Part shown: one piece after another, positions 19,335 through 26,393 of the stretch
Position numbering within the stretch: the stretch's first letter is position 1
How the letters are laid out: the number at the start of each line of letters is the position of its first letter
NCBI GenBank assembly: GCA_964448075.1
Contig: CAYUUR010000001.1
Location: 1,785 to 65,784, forward strand
DNA length: 64,000 bases
Direction: 5' to 3'
DNA from: an uncultured Candidatus Saccharibacteria bacterium
GTDB lineage: Bacteria > Patescibacteriota > Saccharimonadia > Saccharimonadales > CAYUUR01
Position numbers and translations under genes: made by a program
The notes under the pieces: generated by a model
The model's input: only the letters and a program-made list of their open reading frames with translations
The model's database searches: none
What the model was told of the DNA's origin: nothing

Positions 19335-20040
19335 ACGCCAATCCGTCTAGTTTTGTCGGCATGGAACGCTTGTCACGGTATGCTTGAGGTAACATCATAT
19401 CTGGTGACCAAAGTCGTTTTATATCCTCTATGTTTGTGCCCTGCTGGTACTTACCACTGAAGCCACTATCTCTACCAGAACCGTAATTTCCGGCAACTTC
19501 GCCAGTTTCATGGAATACCGCCTGCCCTATTCGTTCGCCTACAGGCAGCACAACCGTTTCGCGGTGGTTAAGGTTATATATCTCAAGCGTTAGGCGGTTG
19601 ATATAGCCTGGGTCGATCCATCCAGCGTCAAAGCATACGGCGATACCGTTTCTCCCCCAGCTTGAGCGGCTCTTAAGTTCACAGGCACCTGGCGGATTAA
19701 TGCCAAAGAATTCATGCGTATGCGCGAGGATGCGTTCGCCGGGCTTCAATGATATTACAGGATGGTCCGGCGGGATACTCGTTAGCAGCTTAAACCCGTT
19801 TAAGGCTGCCCAATCTTTGTGAGGCATCGCTTTATACGGACCGTCAAAGTACCGTTCAACATCTTCCTTATCAAAGGGATTGTAGATAACGCGCTCGTTA
19901 GTACGCTCAATCCGATAATAATGATAACCAAGCGTTACATCGAGACTGGCTTGTGAGACATGCCGGGGATTAAATGGTTGGCAAATAATGTGCCCCTCAT
20001 CGAGAGCTTGTCTGATCTGCGTATTGCTGTATACCCCCAT
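19327..20040 (-). CDS. dcd: dCTP deaminase family protein (possibly bifunctional dCTP deaminase/dUTPase)
   Basis: 237 aa; Dcd/Dut-fold sequence (SLDVTLG..., LTLEIYNLN); 8-nt overlap with the tmk::thyX start. Confidence 0.75.
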   Translation of the reverse strand: MGVYSNTQIRQALDEGHIICQPFNPRHVSQASLDVTLGYHYYRIERTNERVIYNPFDKEDVERYFDGPYKAMPHKDWAALNGFKLLTSIPPDHPVISLKPGERILAHTHEFFGINPPGACELKSRSSWGRNGIAVCFDAGWIDPGYINRLTLEIYNLNHRETVVLPVGERIGQAVFHETGEVAGNYGSGRDSGFSGKYQQGTNIEDIKRLWSPDMMLPQAYRDKRSMPTKLDGLAYD

Positions 20041-20122
20041 GGAACTCCTTTACCCCTAGTTTCTGCACTCATTGTACGTTTTATCACATATATGCCGCAA
20101 TAGAGCGCGAACGCTTTTTGTT

Positions 20123-20152
20123 GTATTATTTGCAAGTCAGTGTTTTAGTCAA
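20123..20152 (-). promoter_or_regulatory. candidate promoter of dcd-tmk::thyX
   Basis: Minus strand TTGACT (20147-20152), 18-nt spacer, TAATAC (20123-20128). Confidence 0.35.
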
Positions 20153-20154
20153 GT

Positions 20155-20183
20155 AAAAAGCACCACGTAGCGCGGTGCTTTTT
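20155..20183 (-). terminator. intrinsic terminator after rplA
   Basis: Stem GCACCGCG/CGTGGTGC (one G-U) flanked by A5 and T5 runs, 20 nt after the rplA stop. Confidence 0.7.
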
Positions 20184-20201
20184 ACAGGTTAAATGCTACT
20201 A

Positions 20202-21164
20202 CTATGAGTTAGCAATTTCGCTGACGGCAAGCTTCATGCTCGGACCCATCGCTGTAGTTACATATGCGGCTTTGACATATGAACCTTTAATAGAAGATGG
20301 CTTAGCGGCACGAATACTTGTGGCTACGGCCTGTGCATTCTCTAGGAGCTTTTCAGGGCCAAAACTAACTTTGCCGATTCCCAGGTGTACAATTCCCGTT
20401 GTATCGACACGGAACTCAACACGACCGGCCTGTGCATCCTTGACGCCTTTTACTACGTCGGTTGTGACAGTACCACTCTTTGGGTTTGGCATAAGTCCTT
20501 TAGGACCGAGCACACGAGCGTACTTACCAAGCTTACCCATCATCTGTGGTGTGGCAATAAGTACGTCAAAATCGAAGGTGCCTTTATCAAGTAGTTTTGT
20601 TACGGCTTCTTCGCCAGAAATATCTGCGCCGGCTTTTTTAGCTGCTGCAGCATCTTCAGAGTCAGCAAAAACAGCAATCTTCACTGTCTTGCCAGTTCCG
20701 GCTGGCAGTGCCACGATATCACGGATATTTTGATCTGCATGACGTGGGTCTACACCGAGGTTGATGTGGAGTTCTACGGTTGCATCAAACTTGACTGGGC
20801 TTGTTTTGGTAGCCAGTGTCAAAGCTTCTTTGAGCGTGTATTCTTTTTCAGCATCGACAAGCTTAGCAAGTTCACGGTACTTTTTGCTCTTGCGTTCTAG
20901 TTGGCTTTTGGGCGGGTTTTGCTTCTGTTTTGGCTTTGCCTCTGCGTCAGCTTCAGATTTCTCTGCTTTTCGTGCTTCTTTTGCTTCCTTTTCTTCAGCT
21001 TCTTTAGCGGCTTTAGCACTTCGCTTACCGGCTTTAGCGGTAGCTTTTTCTTCAGTAGCTTCTTCTACTGGTTCAGTAGTTTCAACGACGGTTTCCTCGA
21101 TGGGAGTTACTACGGTTTCTTTGATCTCTTCATTTTTAGTGGTTTTCTTCTTGGCTTCTGCCAT
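20202..21164 (-). CDS. rplA: 50S ribosomal protein L1 with ~90-aa Lys/Glu/Ala-rich N-terminal extension
   Basis: 320 aa; L1 core from about residue 92 (KKYRELAKLVD...); N-terminal low-complexity tail. Confidence 0.93.
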   Translation of the reverse strand: MAEAKKKTTKNEEIKETVVTPIEETVVETTEPVEEATEEKATAKAGKRSAKAAKEAEEKEAKEARKAEKSEADAEAKPKQKQNPPKSQLERKSKKYRELAKLVDAEKEYTLKEALTLATKTSPVKFDATVELHINLGVDPRHADQNIRDIVALPAGTGKTVKIAVFADSEDAAAAKKAGADISGEEAVTKLLDKGTFDFDVLIATPQMMGKLGKYARVLGPKGLMPNPKSGTVTTDVVKGVKDAQAGRVEFRVDTTGIVHLGIGKVSFGPEKLLENAQAVATSIRAAKPSSIKGSYVKAAYVTTAMGPSMKLAVSEIANS

Positions 21165-21226
21165 AACTATGCTCCTTTGTGGTGCGAACCCCGACTACAC
21201 GTGTGTGGTCAGGTCCCACAATCTTA
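21165..21226 (-). promoter_or_regulatory. rplA 5' leader / translation initiation region
   Basis: Minus-sense ...TTGTGGGACCTGACCACACACGTGTAGTCGGGGTTCGCACCACAAAGGAGCATAGTT-ATG; 5' TGTGG can pair with CCACA next to the SD. Confidence 0.4.
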
Positions 21227-21472
21227 TTAATTTATTACTTGTTCCTGAACGTTAATTGCTTGGGCGCTTTCAACCAAGCGTCCTACTGCATCTCGTATCT
21301 CTTGTAACCGTGCCACCGCCAGTGGGTCACCCCGCTCGGCTCGGTCAGTTATCTCTGCAATGCGTTGTCGATGCGTAGTAAGCGCATGTGTAGCGTTATC
21401 TAGCGTTGACATAAGATGATAGGTTCCACCATCTTCTCTGTCTACTACTGATTCGTGCGTGATATGTGTCAT
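21227..21472 (-). CDS. hypothetical small protein (81 aa) between rplK and rplA
   Basis: ATG start preceded by a copy of the rplA leader and SD; fills the spacer; no recognisable domain. Confidence 0.5.
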   Translation of the reverse strand: MTHITHESVVDREDGGTYHLMSTLDNATHALTTHRQRIAEITDRAERGDPLAVARLQEIRDAVGRLVESAQAINVQEQVIN

Positions 21473-21529
21473 ATACTTCCTTTGTGGTGCGAACGGCTGT
21501 TGTCAGCCTGCCACAGTTAAAAACGAATG
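21473..21529 (-). promoter_or_regulatory. duplicate of the rplA leader in front of the 81-aa ORF
   Basis: Minus-sense ...CTGTGGCAGGCTGACAACAGCCGTTCGCACCACAAAGGAAGTAT-ATG; 17-nt exact identity GTTCGCACCACAAAGGA with the rplA leader (21173-21189 vs 21478-21494). Confidence 0.45.
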
Positions 21530-21871
21530 TTATTTATCTGGGCTAAGTCTGTCTGATATCCCGTACTCCGCACAAAGTGCGTCCGCCGCGTCATCGTGAC
21601 CCAGAGCTCTCTGTTGCCAGATTTCACCAACTTTCCTGTCGAAGTCATCAATATATGTAGGTTCTAGTACGGGAACTTCGTGGTGAGAAATGAAGTAACC
21701 GAGACCAGTGGGGGTTCGAAGGACCTTAACGTCGCGTGTGCCCTCAGGATTGACTAACTCGATTGATGCGGCAAAGACATCTGGCTGTTGCATGTCGATG
21801 TCGACAACCGTATGAGGGTTTAGCTCAGTTAACTGAATTGTGCTGTCGTAAGGAGATAGACGTCCATCCAT
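21530..21871 (-). CDS. hypothetical small acidic protein (113 aa), translationally coupled to rplK
   Basis: ATG lies 3 nt after the rplK stop (TAA ATT ATG); no recognisable domain. Confidence 0.5.
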   Translation of the reverse strand: MDGRLSPYDSTIQLTELNPHTVVDIDMQQPDVFAASIELVNPEGTRDVKVLRTPTGLGYFISHHEVPVLEPTYIDDFDRKVGEIWQQRALGHDDAADALCAEYGISDRLSPDK

Positions 21872-21874
21872 AAT

Positions 21875-22306
21875 TTACTCTGCAATCTCCACGCCCATTG
21901 AACGCGCAGTGCCTGCAACCATCTTTTTGACCGCAGCGATGTCGTCGGTGTTCATGTCTTGTGCTTTGACTTCGGCAATTTCGGTCAGTTGCTGGTCGTT
22001 TAGTTTTTGGGGTAGCTTCTCCATGTTTGGCTTGCCGGAGCCTTTTTTGACACCGAGTTTTTCACGGATGAGTTCGTCGGTCGCGGCATTTACGTAGCGG
22101 AAGTCCATTGTACGGTCGTCGTAGATGGTTATGTGTGCAGTCAGCACACCTTTGAGGTCACGGGTTTGTTCATTGAAAGGATTGATAAAATCCATCATGT
22201 TGACACCGTACTGACCGAGGGTGCTACCAACCGGTGGCGCAGCACTGGCTTTGCCAGCTGGAATGCGCATCTTGAGGTTTGCTTTTACTTGTTTGGCTCC
22301 TGCCAT
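21875..22306 (-). CDS. rplK: 50S ribosomal protein L11
   Basis: 143 aa; LKMRIPAGKASAAPPVGSTLGQYGVN typical of L11. Confidence 0.96.
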   Translation of the reverse strand: MAGAKQVKANLKMRIPAGKASAAPPVGSTLGQYGVNMMDFINPFNEQTRDLKGVLTAHITIYDDRTMDFRYVNAATDELIREKLGVKKGSGKPNMEKLPQKLNDQQLTEIAEVKAQDMNTDDIAAVKKMVAGTARSMGVEIAE

Positions 22307-22374
22307 TATGTTCTCCTTGAATTGATTGCTCGTGCGGTGAAGCGTCCGCTAACGTGCGTAACTAAATAAGTATA

Positions 22375-22668
22375 CTACACTTCACCCCTGTTGTCTACTC
22401 TTATGCCAAGGATCTCATCTATCGTTATAAGATCCTCTCGCAATGATTCTACTTGCGCAGAGCTCACGGCACTAACACAGCCCAAAAGCAAGTTAACTTG
22501 TTGACGAACAAGCGCTCGTTCTTCAGCAGTAGTTCCTGCTTCATCCGCGTGATTGTCATCCCAAACAAGTTCACGATTGATACCTTCGATCGTCTCTAGA
22601 CCTTGCCGTAAACTAAAGCAAGCGCCATGCAGTCGTTCGAGTTTGTTTCGAGTCTGTTCTGACCCCAT
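22375..22668 (-). CDS. hypothetical small acidic protein (97 aa), translationally coupled to nusG
   Basis: ATG lies 3 nt after the nusG stop (TAA ACT ATG); fills the nusG-rplK spacer; no recognisable domain. Confidence 0.5.
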   Translation of the reverse strand: MGSEQTRNKLERLHGACFSLRQGLETIEGINRELVWDDNHADEAGTTAEERALVRQQVNLLLGCVSAVSSAQVESLREDLITIDEILGIRVDNRGEV

Positions 22669-22671
22669 AGT

Positions 22672-23214
22672 TTACACTCGTTTTACTTGGAGGGAATCGA
22701 GCTCGACTGGTGTTTCACGACCAAACATATTGACCAAGACCTTGAGTTTGCCTTTGGCAGCGTCAATCTCATTGATAGAGCCATCAAAGCCTTTGAAAGG
22801 ACCGTCGGTAATGTTGACGACATCGCCAATATTAAAGTCAATCTTGTGTTTTGGTTCATCACGGCCCATACGCTTGAGGATTTTTTCAATTTCGGCGTCA
22901 GACACTGGGGTTGGCTCTACGCCACTACCGACAAATCCGGTCACACTCGGCGTATTTCGTACAATGTACCATGCGTCTTCACTCAGCTTCATCTGCACGA
23001 GAACGTAGCCTTGGAAGATTTTCTTCTCAACGACTTTGCGCTTGCCGTTTTTGACCTCGATCATCTTTTCTTTAGGTACAAGTACCTGAAAGATCTTATC
23101 GGCCATATCGAGACTGTCAGCACGCTGACGAATACTCTCAGCTACCTTTTCTTCGTAGCCGCTATAGGTATGAATGGCATACCACTGTTTTTGTGAATCG
23201 TATCGTTTGCTCAT
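22672..23214 (-). CDS. nusG: transcription termination/antitermination factor NusG
   Basis: 180 aa; NGN domain (WYAIHTYSGYEEKV) and KOW motif (GDVVNITDGPFKGFDGSI). Confidence 0.95.
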   Translation of the reverse strand: MSKRYDSQKQWYAIHTYSGYEEKVAESIRQRADSLDMADKIFQVLVPKEKMIEVKNGKRKVVEKKIFQGYVLVQMKLSEDAWYIVRNTPSVTGFVGSGVEPTPVSDAEIEKILKRMGRDEPKHKIDFNIGDVVNITDGPFKGFDGSINEIDAAKGKLKVLVNMFGRETPVELDSLQVKRV

Positions 23215-23603
23215 GAACCTAGTAGTACCTTTCTAAATAGTTTATCTAAGCCGTAATCGGTTATCGCGATGATGAGTCCAAAGACCAAGGTGAACATAAT
23301 AACTGCGCTGGTAAGCCTGACTGACTCTTTGCGAGATGGCCAAGTAACTTGTTTGACCTCAGCCCAGCTCTCACGGAAGTATTTAGGGATAAATCGTCGC
23401 CGTTTGTTTAAGAAACGACCAACCTTATTGTCAGGCATTGGCAAGTAATACTCTTTACCCGCCGTACGTTTGACCGCGCTTGCTCCACCTTTGGCGCTCA
23501 CCGTTGCTTTCTTGAGTCTTCGCGGTTTCTTGTCAGCATTTGCTGAGGTCTGCGCGGCTTTTTCACGCAAGGTTTGTTTCTTACCAATCGGTTGCTTTGC
23601 CAC
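23211..23603 (-). CDS. secE: preprotein translocase subunit SecE with basic N-terminal extension
   Basis: 130 aa; GTG start with SD AAGGAGA; C-terminal SecE core (EVKQVTWPSRKESVRLTSAVIMFTLVFGLII). Confidence 0.85.
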   Translation of the reverse strand: MAKQPIGKKQTLREKAAQTSANADKKPRRLKKATVSAKGGASAVKRTAGKEYYLPMPDNKVGRFLNKRRRFIPKYFRESWAEVKQVTWPSRKESVRLTSAVIMFTLVFGLIIAITDYGLDKLFRKVLLGS

Positions 23604-23635
23604 CTAATGTCTCCTTACCGCATCTGCGATCTAAT

Positions 23636-23661
23636 AAAAAGAACCTACTAATATAGTAGGT
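23636..23661 (-). terminator. intrinsic terminator after histidine kinase gene
   Basis: 8-bp stem ACCTACTA/TAGTAGGT followed by a U-run on the minus strand. Confidence 0.6.
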
Positions 23662-23704
23662 CTCGACATGTCAATAGTACCTCACTGAGCTTCTAGGGTC
23701 AAGT

Positions 23705-24808
23705 TTATTTGAGATTAGGAAAATATACACTAAAAGTCGAGCCTTTATTGAGTTCGCTCTTGAGTTCTAATTCTGCATGCACAAGACGCGCAAGCTTCAT
23801 AGTCACGTACAGGCCAAGACCCGTTCCGCTGCTTTTTCGCGTACGAAAGTCTTCACTGCGAAAGAACTTGTCGTATACACGTTCTTGATCGCCTTTGCTA
23901 ATACCGATCCCTGTATCAGTTATTGCAAAACATATACCGTTATCCTTAGGTTTTGCGGCAATCGTAACTGAGCCTTTTTCGGTGTACTTAATAGCGTTGG
24001 TTATGAAGTTTTGCAGGACTTCGCGTACATAGAGCTGACTAGACTTCAATGCTTCAAGCTTGGGGTCCAGTGTGGCATATAACTTTAAGCCTTTGGCTTC
24101 TGCATCGGGTGTGTAGTTTTTTACGAGTTCAGTGACGAGTTCATGGGCGTTGATAGTTTCAACCTCAACGTTTAGCTTACCGCGTTCGGCACGCGAAAGT
24201 GTAGAAAGGTCATTTATGAGGCCGGATAAGAACGTAATCTGGTTATGCGCCTGGTGCAAAGCATCAATAACCGCAACATTATCGTTGCCAGACTTGTTGA
24301 CGATAAATTCTGCGTTACTGATGTTTCCTTCCGCTATAGCTATCGGTGTACGAAGTTCGTGGCTCACTACGCTAATGAATTCATCGCGTTCTTCCTCAAG
24401 TGACTTCTCACGAGTGATATCACGCATCAGCACCACATAGCCTTGCATGCCTTGCTGCCCGTAGCCGAGCTTTACTGGCGCAATACTTAAATACAAGCTT
24501 GCCATACTGTCGTCACCATATTTAAGGCGGAAATCGCGTGATGAGGTAGAAGTAGTTGCTCCTCTCACAAGTGCCTTGACATCAACTGGCTGGTTATTCT
24601 TATCTACAAGTCGTAAAACGGTGCTGAGAGATTTGTTTTGAATCTCACTGTTAAGGTCCAGGATATTAAGTGCTGCACCATTGTAAAATAGAATCTTTGC
24701 TGTTTGGTCCGTGGCTATAACACCATCACCCATACTATTGATAAGACTTCTGAGACGTTCGTGTTCGAGTTCGGCAGTTGTGTCGTTTGTTTCGCGTGGT
24801 TCAGGCAT
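23705..24808 (-). CDS. cytoplasmic PAS-domain sensor histidine kinase (no adjacent response regulator)
   Basis: H-box SHELRTPI plus N and G boxes (HATPase_c); PAS-like N-terminus; no TM segment. Start moved to ATG 24806-24808 to avoid overlap with the upstream gene. Confidence 0.8.
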   Translation of the reverse strand: MPEPRETNDTTAELEHERLRSLINSMGDGVIATDQTAKILFYNGAALNILDLNSEIQNKSLSTVLRLVDKNNQPVDVKALVRGATTSTSSRDFRLKYGDDSMASLYLSIAPVKLGYGQQGMQGYVVLMRDITREKSLEEERDEFISVVSHELRTPIAIAEGNISNAEFIVNKSGNDNVAVIDALHQAHNQITFLSGLINDLSTLSRAERGKLNVEVETINAHELVTELVKNYTPDAEAKGLKLYATLDPKLEALKSSQLYVREVLQNFITNAIKYTEKGSVTIAAKPKDNGICFAITDTGIGISKGDQERVYDKFFRSEDFRTRKSSGTGLGLYVTMKLARLVHAELELKSELNKGSTFSVYFPNLK

Positions 24809-24815
24809 ATGAGTA

Positions 24816-25544
24816 TTATGCCATACTTGTAATGCTTGCCCCAGCAAAAACACTCGGTCGATGGTTCCTCATTTGCTTGCGTACTTCTGGCAGATTTGGA
24901 ACATGCTGAGCGACAATTCGCCAAAACTCCGGGCTATGGTCAAGATGTCTTGTGTGTGCTAACTCGTGTATTAACACGTAATCAATCAATTGTTCAGGTA
25001 AGAGCATGAGGAAGTAGTTGAGCGTAATGTGATACGTACTGCTACAGCTGCCCCACCGTGATTTGAGTTGTCGTATGCTGAGTGACTGATACTGCATGCC
25101 GGTAGCATTGGCAAGGAGGCGTAATCTATCTGGCAAATAATCGTCAGCTTGGCGTTGCAGAGCGCGCTTGGCGCCACGAACGGCAGCAGCTTGAACCGAA
25201 GGATCTGCCTCGCCCAGAATACTTGGGTGTTTAACCACGACTCGATTTTCAGTTGTACTAACGCGCGGCGACGGGACTGAATTATCAGGTATAAACACTA
25301 GAACATGACTCTTGCCCAGTGTTTGTTGATTGTGCAATTGCGTTGATACGTTCTGACGTTGGCTTTGCACCCAAGCCTTCTTTTGCTGCAAGAACGCAAG
25401 ACCAGCGCTATAGGGAACCCAGGTCGGCATGTTGACCCGTACATGTCCATCCACACTGAGGCTAATTCGAATACTACGGCTGCCGCGTCGCTTAGTTAAC
25501 TGTACTTTGCCGAAGTCAACTGTGTCGATGTTTTTGGAAGACAT
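24816..25544 (-). CDS. YgjP-like (DUF45/M48-type) metal-dependent hydrolase
   Basis: 242 aa; WGSCS ... IDYVLIHELAHTRHLDHSPEFW signature. Confidence 0.75.
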   Translation of the reverse strand: MSSKNIDTVDFGKVQLTKRRGSRSIRISLSVDGHVRVNMPTWVPYSAGLAFLQQKKAWVQSQRQNVSTQLHNQQTLGKSHVLVFIPDNSVPSPRVSTTENRVVVKHPSILGEADPSVQAAAVRGAKRALQRQADDYLPDRLRLLANATGMQYQSLSIRQLKSRWGSCSSTYHITLNYFLMLLPEQLIDYVLIHELAHTRHLDHSPEFWRIVAQHVPNLPEVRKQMRNHRPSVFAGASITSMA

Positions 25545-26293
25545 TAGCGAATAACAATATTGCGTCGAGAAAGGTCAACGCGGCCACCACTTGAGTTAGG
25601 TATGAGGTTAACAAGCTCGGGTTTTGCGACATTAGAAGAATAGTTTTCGGCGGTTACAATACCCATTTCGTAGAGTTTCTTCATAACTGCGCCAAGCTGG
25701 GTGTTAAAGGTGTGCTTACCGCTTATAACCATGTAATCTTCGTGGCGTGGGTTCTGCATGCTTCCGATAAATGCATCAAACTCGGGACGGGTATACGGCT
25801 GTGCGTACTTGTCGTTGTTGCGGCGGCGGTCACGCTTGGCTGTTCGTGCAAAAGCACTGTCAGTATCGATCTGTAGCCAAATCAGCAGTGGGTCAGCTTT
25901 GGCTTTGCGCGCAATGTCTCTGATCGTACGACGCTGCACGAGCCGATGTGCATTTGTGTCAAAGATCACGCTCACGCCTGCATTCAGAAACTCCTCCGTC
26001 ATATATTCCATGAGGTGTGTTACGACTTCATTCTCTTGCTTGTCGTACTTAGGTTTATCAAAGAGTTCGTATCTAATTCTGTCGCCCTGAACATGTGCAG
26101 CCGACATGGCTTTGCTGAGTTCGTCTGCAAAGTGCGTCTTGCCTGCTCCAGGGAAGCCGTAGAGCATAATTACCACCGGTTTAGTTACGACAATTTTATT
26201 CATCCCTATATGTATAACAGAATCCCTGTTAGAAATAAAGTTGTCAGAGGTGACAAATGTTGTAAATTCGCGTATCATATCCCTGTCCTGCAA
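25544..26293 (-). CDS. P-loop kinase/ATPase (AAA_33 or zeta-toxin-like fold)
   Basis: 249 aa; Walker A YGFPGAGKTHFA; no closer assignment. Confidence 0.5.
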   Translation of the reverse strand: MQDRDMIREFTTFVTSDNFISNRDSVIHIGMNKIVVTKPVVIMLYGFPGAGKTHFADELSKAMSAAHVQGDRIRYELFDKPKYDKQENEVVTHLMEYMTEEFLNAGVSVIFDTNAHRLVQRRTIRDIARKAKADPLLIWLQIDTDSAFARTAKRDRRRNNDKYAQPYTRPEFDAFIGSMQNPRHEDYMVISGKHTFNTQLGAVMKKLYEMGIVTAENYSSNVAKPELVNLIPNSSGGRVDLSRRNIVIR

Positions 26294-26393
26294 CTATACG
26301 AGTTATGCAGTTCTGAGCCCGATCAAAATGTCACGCCATTTTGTCGGCGCGAAATATGGGGTCCCCACAAAATCAACGATTTTGAGGGGTGTC

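Noticed and set aside
20236-21255. Long plus-strand ORFs antisense to rplA; similar cases are 22687-23196 opposite nusG, 53382-53864 opposite rplV/rpsS and 63527-63970 opposite rpsG
   Set aside because: These are shadow ORFs opposite strongly conserved genes. Their translations are low-complexity or Ser/Leu/Cys-rich, and they have no SD and no independent support.
26322-26386. Two 7-bp hairpins (CAAAATG/CATTTTG and CAAAATC/GATTTTG) just upstream of tRNA-Trp as a regulatory element or att-related site
   Set aside because: They are short AT-rich stems lying outside the direct repeats, with no partner at the other end of the element. The evidence is insufficient to call anything.
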